Origin: Rhodospirillales bacterium
GTDB lineage: Bacteria; Pseudomonadota; Alphaproteobacteria; Bin95
NCBI GenBank assembly: GCA_038143065.1
Contig: JAYQLI010000035.1
Coordinates: 1,728,894-1,792,893 of the forward strand
DNA: 64,000 bases
Direction of reading: 5' to 3'
The notes beneath the pieces were generated by a model. It was not told the DNA's origin and searched no databases. It saw only the letters and a program-made list of their open reading frames with translations. This document shows, piece after piece, positions 54,338-64,000 of the stretch (the first letter of the stretch is position 1; every line of letters begins with the position of its first letter). Position numbers and translations under genes: made by a program.

Positions 54338-55684
54338 ATGCGTGCCAGATCACGCATACGCATAACCATTGCATCCTTTATTTTGATTGCGGCGGGACTC
54401 CTGCCGTCCCTATCGCTCGCCCAAAACTCCGAGCCAAGGATCACCTATGCGCAGATACTCGCTGACCCCGACAACATAGAATTATCAGTGAAGTATGCCC
54501 AACAACTCATAAATGGTGGTGAATTTCAGAAAGCTACAATTTCTTTAGAGCGCATATTGTTATTGAATCCGGAAGTGGACAAAGCTCGATTATTAATGGC
54601 TCTTGTATTTTTTCGTTTAGGAAGTTTTTCAGAAGCTGAAAGTGAACTGAACTTTCTTAAAACAAGAGAACTTTCTGATGAAGATGCTGTTGTAGTCGAA
54701 AAATACTTAGATTTAATTTATGAGAAAAGAAAATTATGGTCGGCTACGAGCTTATTTAGCTTGGGGATACACTACGATACAAACAAAAACAGCAATCCTT
54801 CATCGTCGCAAATAAGACCCATCGACTTAGCTTTTGACAACACAGGTGAAGATGAAGATGACGTTGGCCTTCTGTCTTTGATCGGCTTTGAATATAGAAC
54901 AAAATTAAATCCGGTTGATCCCATAGAAGTATCTTTCGGATCAGCTTTTATCTTTGATAACCAAGAAAAATTAAACAATGTCGACACAGTCGCCATTGCT
55001 CCAAAGGTTGGGGTCAAGACCATTTGGAGAACCTTTGACCTGTCGACTTCTATTGGACTAACAAATGTACGCGTCGACGATGTAGAGTTCATGAACATCT
55101 ACGACATCAAATTTGGTGGCTCCCGGGTCTTTGATTATTCGAACACACAATTCACTCTCTCTAACGAGGTATCTGTAGCTCTTGAAGATTTTCAAAATAC
55201 GGCCAGAACCACAACGGGTAACGAAAGTGATGGCTATAATCTTGGAGTAAAATCAGGTTTTGCTATCCCTTTGACCCCTGAACTTCAGTTTGACTCAACA
55301 ATAAAATTTTCCAGAAAAAATGCTGATGTAGATTTCAATAGTTTCACTCAGTTTGGCTACGCCTCTAACTTTACGGGACCTATAAATAACACAGCCATGG
55401 CAAGCTTAAGATTAAGCTTTGACTAAAAATTTTTCGACGACCCCGATCCGTTTGTTATAAGCACAGAAGAAAGATCCGATATTAGTTATGGTGCAGGTTT
55501 AAACATCTTGCTTAAAATGGATCAGATTTTAGAAGACTTAGGTTGGCCAAATCATAGTACGTTTTCATCAGGCTTGATTGGATCACTGGGAGCGACTTAC
55601 AAAAAAAACACTTCAAATATCGAGAATTTCCGATTTGAAAATGAGAGGCTACAGTTTTCATTAACCAAACAGATAGCCTTTTAA
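54338..55684 (+). CDS. TPR + outer-membrane beta-barrel protein (Slam/DUF560-like), in-frame TAA at 55424
   Basis: Signal peptide, ILADPDN..L...YA, LERILLLNP TPRs, GIHYDTN; the frame stays open after TAA to ...LQFSLTKQIAF* (terminal F). Confidence 0.7.
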
Positions 55685-55839
55685 TTAGATTAGCGCACCA
55701 AAAGAAAAATCTTGATGTCAACGAGCACATTATTTGAGAGATGCTGAGATCCAATTTTGTTTAAAAAATTTGATAAGAGGTATTTTGAAATTTATTTGCA
55801 GCCAAGAAATGCAGCAGATCCCGTTTACTTCTAAAAAGA

Positions 55840-57432
55840 TTATGTGAACGTAAACCCTGAATATTTTTCCGCCTCGCACATACGCAGCTCCTCTCGATAA
55901 GCGTCGGCATCCGGATAGTTAAGTAATTGGCGCTTTTTTCCTGGAATATTTGCGCCCATGTACCAGGAATCCGTTTGGCCAAATAAGGTACTCTGCGCAA
56001 GCCCTGCTAAGCGTTCTGTCCATGATTCGGCTGCTTCTTGAGAGGAATCGAATGTTTGATGTCCTTGTCGCCTCATCCAATTCAGAAACCTTGTGGCCCA
56101 TTCGCCCTGAAATTCTGCACAGGTTGGGCCATTGCAGAACGCGGTTGCACTTTGGGGGCCATACAGCATCAAAAAATTTGGAAACCCTGGGATTGCCGTT
56201 CCCATGTGCGTATCAACACCATTAGACCAAGTCTGCGAGAGAGTTTGTCCTTCTGCTCCACGAATATCCATGTTGATTAACCCCCCAGTGTTAGCATCAA
56301 ATCCCGTCGCCAACACCAAAACGTCTAGATCAAACTGGGCAGCGGTAGTTTTAACGCCGGATGGCATAATAGTTTCAATGGGCGTTGAAGAGATGTCCAC
56401 GAGCTCAACATTTTTCTGATTAAAGCAGTCATAAAAGTTCTGCTCTAAAGCAGGCCGTTTGGTGCCAAATGGATATGGTGGCTCCATTGGCGCCAGCTTC
56501 TCCGCAACCTCTAAATTATCAATTCGGGATCTCGTTTTATCTCGCCAAAAATTGTAGGCCGCTCGGTTGGAAGCTTCATTAGTCAAAATGTCATTGAAAG
56601 TACCAATCCAGAAATTAAACCCTCCCTTTTCCCAAGCTGATTCAAAAACATTCAAGCGATCTACGTCGGAAACATCGAATGCCCCCTTATCAAGACGAAC
56701 GATGTCACAAAAATTTCCTGGGGGAGAGCTCCTAAGAGAAAACAATTCAGGGTAATTTTTCTTCGCTAATTCCTGCTCTGATACACTGAGTTTGCGCTGC
56801 TGCATTGGAAGAGCTGTCACAGGTGTTCTTTGGAACACCACCAATCTTTCAGCAATCGGGGCTGCCTCTTGTACTATCTGGACACCACTCGCTCCAGTTC
56901 CAATTATACCAACTTTTTGGCCTCCGAAATCTACCCCTTGCTGAGGCCAGTGAGCTGTGTGGTGGCAGATGCCTCTAAAATGATCCAGGCCAGTAATGTC
57001 TGGAGTATAAGATTTACTGCCAAAGCCAGTGCACATAATCAAAACCCTGGCATCATAAACACGGTCATTTTGGGCTTTTATTTGCCATCGCCCGTCTTGG
57101 CCAAAATGACATGCTTCAATTCGGGTCGAAAGATCCACATCCTTTCGCAAATCAAGTTTGTGAACCACATGTTCAAAATAAGCTACTAGTTCTTCATGCC
57201 CAGGGAACCGCTCAGTCCAGGACCAGTCCCGCCAGCAATCATCTAACGAGTATTCATAATTCGGGACGTGTGAATCTACTCTTGCTCCAGGGTAACGATT
57301 AGCCTGCCAGCCCCCACCAAATCCATCTTGCGCTTCCACCAAACGCACTGAAAATCCTTCGCCTCTAAGACGGTACAAAAGGTAAAGCCCACTAAAACCC
57401 GCGCCAACAATTACAATATCGAATTTTCTCAT
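55840..57432 (-). CDS. Type I Baeyer-Villiger monooxygenase
   Basis: VGAGFSGL, GGGWQANRYPGARVD, FRGICHHTAHWP (FxGxxxHxxxWP), IGTGASGVQ, LATGFD. Confidence 0.92.
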   Translation of the reverse strand: MRKFDIVIVGAGFSGLYLLYRLRGEGFSVRLVEAQDGFGGGWQANRYPGARVDSHVPNYEYSLDDCWRDWSWTERFPGHEELVAYFEHVVHKLDLRKDVDLSTRIEACHFGQDGRWQIKAQNDRVYDARVLIMCTGFGSKSYTPDITGLDHFRGICHHTAHWPQQGVDFGGQKVGIIGTGASGVQIVQEAAPIAERLVVFQRTPVTALPMQQRKLSVSEQELAKKNYPELFSLRSSPPGNFCDIVRLDKGAFDVSDVDRLNVFESAWEKGGFNFWIGTFNDILTNEASNRAAYNFWRDKTRSRIDNLEVAEKLAPMEPPYPFGTKRPALEQNFYDCFNQKNVELVDISSTPIETIMPSGVKTTAAQFDLDVLVLATGFDANTGGLINMDIRGAEGQTLSQTWSNGVDTHMGTAIPGFPNFLMLYGPQSATAFCNGPTCAEFQGEWATRFLNWMRRQGHQTFDSSQEAAESWTERLAGLAQSTLFGQTDSWYMGANIPGKKRQLLNYPDADAYREELRMCEAEKYSGFTFT

Positions 57433-57591
57433 TCTTAAGACTTGTTCAACCCGTTTTCTTCATTTCACCTTGAGGACCAAGATTATCTGTTAACAATGCC
57501 ACATCGAAAGTGGATAAAATTTTCACAAGCACCTTGTGATGCCAAAAAACATAAACATCAAAAAAAGCTCCACCTCAGGAAAACAATTAAA

Positions 57592-58161
57592 ATGAGAAGC
57601 TTGATTTCAACTTTAATTCTAACCGTCCTACTACCCATGTCACAAACCAGCGCGGCTGCAGATAAGGACTTTTGGGGCTTATTGCATTCGGGCCATCATC
57701 TGGCTCTGATCCGTCACGCGTTGGCACCTGGATTTAGTGACCCAAAGGGCTTTGACTTGGGGGAATGTAATAGCCAACGGAATTTAGACTCTCGAGGACG
57801 CACTCAATCAAGGAACATTGGAGCTCTCTTCCGATCAAACGGTGTTGATAAAGCTTCTATCTATTCAAGTCAGTGGTGCAGATGTCTTGAAACAAGTAAA
57901 TTGATGAACCTTGGAAAAGTTAAAGAGTTACCAGCTCTCAATTCATTTTTCGAAAACTTTGAGCGAAAATTTCTACAAACGGACCAATTACTATCTTGGA
58001 TCAATACAGAACCATTAAATCACCCAACAATCCTGGTAACTCATCAAGTGAACATATTCGCTTTGACCGGGCATTCTACTTCGTCCGGCGAAATCGTTTT
58101 TGTTCGAAGGAACCCTGATGGAACGGTCACAGTAGTCGGAAACATTTCCACTTTGCCCTGA
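57592..58161 (+). CDS. Histidine phosphatase family protein (Ais-like, exported)
   Basis: LIRHA, C..QRNL, SSQWCRCLET, LVTHQVNI. Confidence 0.85.
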   Translation: MRSLISTLILTVLLPMSQTSAAADKDFWGLLHSGHHLALIRHALAPGFSDPKGFDLGECNSQRNLDSRGRTQSRNIGALFRSNGVDKASIYSSQWCRCLETSKLMNLGKVKELPALNSFFENFERKFLQTDQLLSWINTEPLNHPTILVTHQVNIFALTGHSTSSGEIVFVRRNPDGTVTVVGNISTLP

Positions 58162-58172
58162 AAAACCTCAAA

Positions 58173-58418
58173 CTAACTCTGGTCTTGTTCAGTCTTGGGT
58201 GAGCCATCCCCAAGCATGGTTCCTTTGGGACGAATCTGAAATTCACCTTTTTGCCCACACGAAACGCAGGTTGGTTTTATTCCAATAAATGTTCTATCGC
58301 CCTTACCTCCAGCGATCAAAGCCTCAAGATCAATTGGCTCAAACCGCATACAATCCATGCAGTGCGCCTCCAAGCAAAGGCTATTCTCCAGAAGCTGACG
58401 ATAAGTTTGGATAAGCAA
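58173..58418 (-). CDS. Small putative zinc-ribbon protein
   Basis: CMDC...CVSCG two CxxC pairs, 81 aa. Confidence 0.5.
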   Translation of the reverse strand: MLIQTYRQLLENSLCLEAHCMDCMRFEPIDLEALIAGGKGDRTFIGIKPTCVSCGQKGEFQIRPKGTMLGDGSPKTEQDQS

Positions 58419-58501
58419 TGCAACTGCCCAATCGATCTAGAATATAGGGAATGTGTTTTTATCTCTTTCAATTAAAGATTTTTAAAAACGCTTTTAGGCT
58501 A

Positions 58502-58576
<75 letters not shown>

Positions 58577-58800
58577 AAAGTTCAAAGTTAGCCAAAATAT
58601 TGGATGGCAAACTCAATTTATTACCTGAGACTGTCGCAGGTAATCAAACAAGAAAACTAGCAGTTCTCTTCGCCTCATGAACTACTTTAAGGCTTTAGCC
58701 TCCAATAAGGACATTTGGCAATCTTTTAATGAATTGATTCTGGAGAATTTGAGAGCCAGCAAATGCCATAAGTCAGATGATTCCTTGATTTTTTAAAACA

Positions 58801-61500
58801 CTAAGTCTTATTTTCCCAATCACTTACAAGGTCTGCCAACTCATAAAGCAGGTTCATTGATTCTCTAGGCGTCAATGTATCAATATCGGTTTTTCTTATC
58901 TTTTCCAAAGCACTCTTAGCCCCCTCTGAGATAGGTGAAGTTGAAGGCCTATCAGAGGCTGGGGGAGTTGAGCAAAAAGTGGCATTTCGATTTTGAGTTT
59001 CGTTCCATCTGGTCCTTCGCCAGCTTCGAGGTGGGACAAAACACTAGCTGCTCTGCGAACAACATCGGACGGAAGTCCAGCCAAACGCGCTACATGAACC
59101 CCATAAGAACGATTTGCGGCTCCAGGCATCACCTCATGCAGGAACGCAATATCTCCTTCCCATTCTTTAACACGCATAGACACTAAACCCAGACCATCTA
59201 ACTTCTCAGCAAGCGCTGTTAGCTCGTGATAATGTGTAGCAAAAAGTCCTCTACACCGGTTTTTTTCGTGGAGACGCTCGACTGATGCCCAAGCTATCGA
59301 GAGCCCATCATATGTAGCAGTACCGCGTCCAATTTCATCCAAAATGACCAATGATCTATCACTAGCTTGATTTAGAATTGCGGCTGTCTCTAACATCTCA
59401 ACCATAAAGGTTGATCGCCCTCGAGAAAGGTCATCAGCTGCTCCAACACGGGAAAACAGCTTATCAACAACACCAATGTGGGCCTCGGCGGCTGGCACGA
59501 ACGAGCCTATTTGGGCAAGAATAGCAATAAGCGCATTTTGTCGAAGGTACGTGCTTTTGCCCGCCATATTAGGGCCTGTGACAAGCCATAAGCGCTTAGC
59601 TGTTTCAACAGAAACATCACAGTTGTTTGGAACAAATGACCCAGAAGACAATCCCATCTCGACTACTGGATGACGGCCATCTTTTACATTGAATGCTAGG
59701 CTTTCATCGACCTTAGGCTGAACATATCCCCTCTCCATCCCTAGTTGAGCAAGGCCTTCAATTACATCTATCAGTGACAGAGAATCAGCCACTCTCGCAA
59801 GCGCTTCTCCTTGTTCCAAGATGTTTTGTACGGAGCTCTGTGAAAATCTCGAGTTCCCGTGCAAGAGCGCGGTCAGCGGCTTGTCCAATTTTTGCCTCTA
59901 AATCGGACAGTTCAACTGTCGAAAAACGAACAGCATTTGCCAATGACTGCCTACGAATAAACCTCTGATCGCCCACAAGTTTAGTCTCTTGCAGTGATGT
60001 TACTTCGATAAAGTATCCGAGTACTGCATTGTGTTTAAGCTTAAGGTTTGGAATATCCGTTTCTTCTTGATAACGGGTCTGAAGAGACGCAATTAGTTTG
60101 CGGCTGTTATCTCGAAGACTGCATAGATCATCAAGCTCATGATCATATCCATGCGCAACAAATCCCCCATCCCTCGCAAGCAGAGGCAAGCTATCATCCA
60201 GCGCATTCGTTAACTTAGCAGCAAGCCAGTCGTGACCTACTAGCTTGGCAGCTGCGTCTTTTAGAAGAAAAGGCTGCGTATTATCTGATAAACTCTCAGG
60301 ACTCTTTTCCAATAATTCTGCAACCTTTGTTGCAATATTGAGAACCTTCGCAACAACCTCTAAATCTCGAGGGCCGCCTCGGCCAAGAGATAAACGAGAG
60401 AGAGCACGGGCAAGATCTGAGGACCCATGCAAGATGCTACGCAGACTGCTAGACAGTTGGGGATTTTCAAACAAGTAAGCAACAGCTTCTTGACGCCGGT
60501 GGATCGCTCTAGTCTCTGCGAGCGGGGCCGCTAACCACCCTGCCAGAAGACGAGCACCAGCACTCGTACTAGTTCTGTCTATTGAATTCAGCAGACTTCC
60601 TTGACGCACGCCCGATGTCGTTCGAAAAAGTTCCAAACTATTTCTCGTAGCGGGGTCAATCTGCATCACACTCCCAGGCTGAAAGCGTCGAGGAGGATCA
60701 AGACGGGCTATCTCGCCTTTCTGCGTTTGATCAATGTAATCAATTAATACTCCAGCCGCCGAAAGTTCAGATTTTTCAAAGGCACCAAAGCCATCCATTG
60801 CCTCCACGCCAAACGCTGTTTTCAGACGGCGTTCTGCATTTCTACTGTCAAATCGTGCAGAAGGAAGATCTGTTAACGTAGCTGATACTTCACTGAAAAA
60901 TTGCTGGAATTCGGAACGTAGTAGCAGCCTGTCAGGTAACAATAATTCCTTTGGCTCAACTCGGGCGAGCGCCTCAGCCATCTCCGCAACTTTTAATTCT
61001 TGGGTCTCGAAAACTCCAGTTGAAAGATCTAACCAGGCTAGGCCTAGTTTGCCACCAGTTTCAGATAAAGCCGCGAGAAAATTATGGTGACGCGCTTCTA
61101 GAAGGGTTTCTTCGGTTAGTGTGCCTGGCGTCACCAATCTGACAACATCACGATTAACAAGGGTCTTACCAGGACGCTTCTTAGCCGTGGCGGGATCTTC
61201 AGTTTGTTCACATATGGCAACCTTAGCACCAGATCGGATCAATCGCTCAAGATAGCTTTCATGGCTCTTGACTGGCACACCAGCCATAGGAATGGGTTCA
61301 CCGCCATGTTGGCCTCGCTGTGTCAATGTAATATCTAAAATTTCGGCAGCTTTAACAGCATCTTCAAAGAACAGTTCGTAAAAATCACCCATCCTGTAAA
61401 AAAGCAGATAGCCCGGATGCGCCTCACGGATGGCAAGATACTGCGCCATCATTGGTGTCGCATTTTCGATTAACGCAGGTTTCACCGTGTTACCGTCCAT
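58801..61500 (-). CDS. mutS: DNA mismatch repair protein MutS (frameshifts near 59830 and 58930)
   Basis: [65 protein letters not shown]. Confidence 0.95.
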
Positions 61501-61569
61501 AGCCTCTGGCTCAATTTCACTGTATGATTCTTAACACAAATCTACACAATTTTTGAGGACCCGTCGCAA

Positions 61570-62739
61570 ATGCCTGTGATCAATTCCATCGCCGCCCTAG
61601 AAGAGGACATGACTGCTTGGCGTCGTGATTTCCACATGCACCCTGAACTTGCCTATCAAGAGGAACGCACCTCACAGATAGTTGCTGAAAAGCTGAAATC
61701 TTGGGGCATAAAAGTAAAGACAGGGCTTGGAAAAACAGGCGTCGTTGGAGTTATTGAAGGATCAGGTGAAGGTCCATCAATTGGCCTGCGCGCAGACATG
61801 GATGCACTCCCCATAGACGAAATGAACGACATTGAGTGGAAGTCACAGAACCAGGGTGTTATGCATGCCTGTGGCCATGATGGGCACACCACTATGTTGC
61901 TTGGCGCTGCCAAGTACCTTGCAGAGACCAGAAATTTTGCGGGCACTGTTCACGTAATTTTTCAGCCCGCTGAGGAAGGCTTTGCTGGCGCTAAGGCCAT
62001 GATTGACGATGGGCTTTTCGAAGAGTTTCCATGTGATCAGGTTTATGGCCTCCACAATTGGCCAGAAATGCCTGCCGGTCAGCTTGCGGCAGTCCCGGGA
62101 CCAATTATGGCCGCTGCAGACAAATTTGTTATTAAAGTAAAGGGAAAGGGTGCTCACGGCGCAATGCCACACAACGGGGTCGATCCAATAGTTGTTGGAA
62201 GCCAAATCGTGACAGCTTTGCAAAGCCTTGTGAGTAGATCCAAAAACCCAATTGAAACTGCTGTAATTTCCACAACTATGTTTCACGCAGGGTCTGCGTT
62301 CAACGTCATCCCTGAAGAAGCGGAGCTGTCTGGCACGGTCCGCACTTTTAATCCAAAAGTACAAGACATCGTTGAAGCTGGGATGAAGAGAATTGCTGAG
62401 GGCATTTCAGCTGCCATGGGAGCCATGGCAGAGATCGACTACCGCCGAGGTTATCCAGCTACCATCAATCATAAACGTGAGGCAGATCTGGCCGCAGAAG
62501 TTGCCGCTAGCATAGTTGGCTCTGAAAACGTGCGGCGGGATGTTAATCCTACAATGGGGGCAGAAGATTTCTCTTTCATGCTTAACGAGAAGCCTGGTTG
62601 CTACTTGTGGTTGGGACAAGGTGGTGGAGCCTCATCAGAGAATGTCCACCATCCACAATATGATTTTAACGATAAGGTACTACCGATTGGCGCTAGTGTG
62701 CTGGCGAAGCTAGTCGAAGACCTTCAGCCCAGGCGGTAG
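61570..62739 (+). CDS. M20D amidohydrolase (hippurate hydrolase/aminoacylase family)
   Basis: RRDFHMHPEL, LRADMDALP, MHACGHDGH, FQPAEEG, AEDFS, HHP.YDFND. Confidence 0.92.
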   Translation: MPVINSIAALEEDMTAWRRDFHMHPELAYQEERTSQIVAEKLKSWGIKVKTGLGKTGVVGVIEGSGEGPSIGLRADMDALPIDEMNDIEWKSQNQGVMHACGHDGHTTMLLGAAKYLAETRNFAGTVHVIFQPAEEGFAGAKAMIDDGLFEEFPCDQVYGLHNWPEMPAGQLAAVPGPIMAAADKFVIKVKGKGAHGAMPHNGVDPIVVGSQIVTALQSLVSRSKNPIETAVISTTMFHAGSAFNVIPEEAELSGTVRTFNPKVQDIVEAGMKRIAEGISAAMGAMAEIDYRRGYPATINHKREADLAAEVAASIVGSENVRRDVNPTMGAEDFSFMLNEKPGCYLWLGQGGGASSENVHHPQYDFNDKVLPIGASVLAKLVEDLQPRR

Positions 62740-62747
62740 GTGCTTCA

Positions 62748-63752
62748 ATGGAAATTAAAAAACCCTACGCCATTTATTTAGGTGACGTGCCAGATCAACT
62801 AGCCGCTAAAACTGGGGATGGGATAGCTGATTGGCGCCCAGATTGGTGCATTGGCCAAGTACGTTTGCCAGGCTGCGGAGCTGATTGTCGGCTGCCAGAG
62901 ATGGCAATAGCCGAGGCCGCAGCCAATGGTGCCAAAACTTTAGTTATTGGCGTTGTTAATCAAGGTGGCTACCTACCAGAACATTGGATTAAAGATATCG
63001 TAACTGCAATTTCTGCCGGCATGGATGTAGCGTCTGGTATGCATATGCGCTTGGAGGATTTTCCAAAAATTAAGGCAGCTGCATCACAGAATAGTCGTCA
63101 GCTCCACAATCTTCGCCACCCAACACAACAATTCAAAACCGGCAGGGGCGAGTGGCGAACAGGAATGCGAGCCCTGACTGTCGGCATGGATTGTTCCATC
63201 GGCAAAAAATATACCGCTCTTGCAATAGCTCGGGAAATGGAACGCCGCGAAATGAATGTGGATTTTCGCGCGACGGGTCAGACAGGTGTGCTTATAGCGG
63301 AACGAGGTATAGCTATAGATGCTATAGTTTCGGACTTCATCGCTGGTGCAGCTGAGTGGCTCTCACCCGCAAATGATCCTGGCCATTGGGATATAATCGA
63401 GGGTCAAGGGTCTCTATTTCATGCCGCCTATGCGGGAGTAACTGTTGGTTTGCTGCACGGCTCCCAGCCGGACGCCTTGATACTATGTCATGAACCAACG
63501 CGAACCCATATGCGAAACTTACCGCATATGCCAATTCCAAAGCTTGAAGCAGCGTTTGAGCCCTACTTGACGCTTGCTCGGCTAACCAACCCAAAGGCCC
63601 GTTTCGCCGGAGTGTCGGTTAATACATCTAATATCTCAGAAAAAGAGGCGGACCGACTTCTCTCTGAAATTGAAGGTCGCTTCGGCCTTCCTGCTATTGA
63701 TCCGATCCGTCATGGCCCAGGCAAGATTGTAGACGAGTTGCTCAAAATATGA
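62748..63752 (+). CDS. dgcN: D-glutamate N-acetyltransferase (DUF1611 family)
   Basis: PYAIYLGD...AAKT, VGMDCSIGKKYT, FRATGQTG, IEGQGSLFH, HGSQPD. Confidence 0.85.
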   Translation: MEIKKPYAIYLGDVPDQLAAKTGDGIADWRPDWCIGQVRLPGCGADCRLPEMAIAEAAANGAKTLVIGVVNQGGYLPEHWIKDIVTAISAGMDVASGMHMRLEDFPKIKAAASQNSRQLHNLRHPTQQFKTGRGEWRTGMRALTVGMDCSIGKKYTALAIAREMERREMNVDFRATGQTGVLIAERGIAIDAIVSDFIAGAAEWLSPANDPGHWDIIEGQGSLFHAAYAGVTVGLLHGSQPDALILCHEPTRTHMRNLPHMPIPKLEAAFEPYLTLARLTNPKARFAGVSVNTSNISEKEADRLLSEIEGRFGLPAIDPIRHGPGKIVDELLKI

Positions 63753-64000
63753 CGATCACAATTCAGGTAATGGAAGAGACTTTTCCCGTTCGTGGGGTCT
63801 TTCGCATAAGCCGGGGTTCAAGAACAGAAACGCACGTTGTGACAGCAAGAGTGCATGATGGTGCAAAAGTTGGTCAGGGCGAATGCGTACCTTACGCCCA
63901 CTACGGCGAAACAACTGAGTCAGTAATTACTCAAATCAAATTAGCCAATTCAGCACTTGCCAAAGGCGCTAAGAGGGAGGACCTGCAAGAGATTATGCCA
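63749..64000 (+). CDS. dgcA: N-acetyl-D-Glu racemase / L-Ala-D/L-Glu epimerase (enolase superfamily), 3' truncated
   Basis: MTITIQVMEETFPVRGVFRISRGSRTE...GQGECVPYAHYGET; ATGA overlap with dgcN. Confidence 0.8.
   Translation, partial: MTITIQVMEETFPVRGVFRISRGSRTETHVVTARVHDGAKVGQGECVPYAHYGETTESVITQIKLANSALAKGAKREDLQEIMP

Noticed and set aside
55424-55426. In-frame stop in the Slam-like gene as programmed read-through
   Set aside because: It is a TAA beside A/T homopolymers with no recoding signal, so a base-call error is more likely.
58801-61500. Programmed frameshifting or true pseudogenisation of mutS (and of the GMC, Ldh_2 and sulfatase genes)
   Set aside because: Single-base indels occur throughout the window, many in short homopolymers, which is typical of long-read consensus error.

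Overview
A 64 kb chromosomal segment from what looks like a heterotrophic Alphaproteobacterium, judged from its lepA, mutS, pntAB and dgcN/dgcA genes. It is probably a long-read metagenome assembly: many genes, including mutS, are split by single-base indels in homopolymers, and errors are densest at about 44.5-53.7 kb. The window is mostly accessory catabolic, redox and sulfur genes. The main observation is a hidden selenoprotein. ORFs 14920..15207 and 14683..14886 on the minus strand are one in-frame gene read through a TGA in the context ALAD-U-GSCSSW (UGSC family), and a well-formed bacterial SECIS hairpin follows the TGA directly. This gene heads a co-oriented cluster with two paralogous Cys-containing proteins of unknown function and an atypical thioredoxin reductase. 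F420 genes (cofC, an LLM oxidoreductase, fbiC) lie just downstream on the same strand. Other notable items are a Cys-rich repeat secreted protein, an internally deleted qor pseudogene, an orphan TPR-lipoprotein/secretin fusion, a divergent FecR-repeat protein / Slam-like barrel pair, an Lrp-regulated ABC-OsmC-acyl-CoA-dehydrogenase-like cluster, tRNA-Thr(CGT) and a D-glutamate (dgcN-dgcA) operon. No database searches were run; family calls come from motif recognition.
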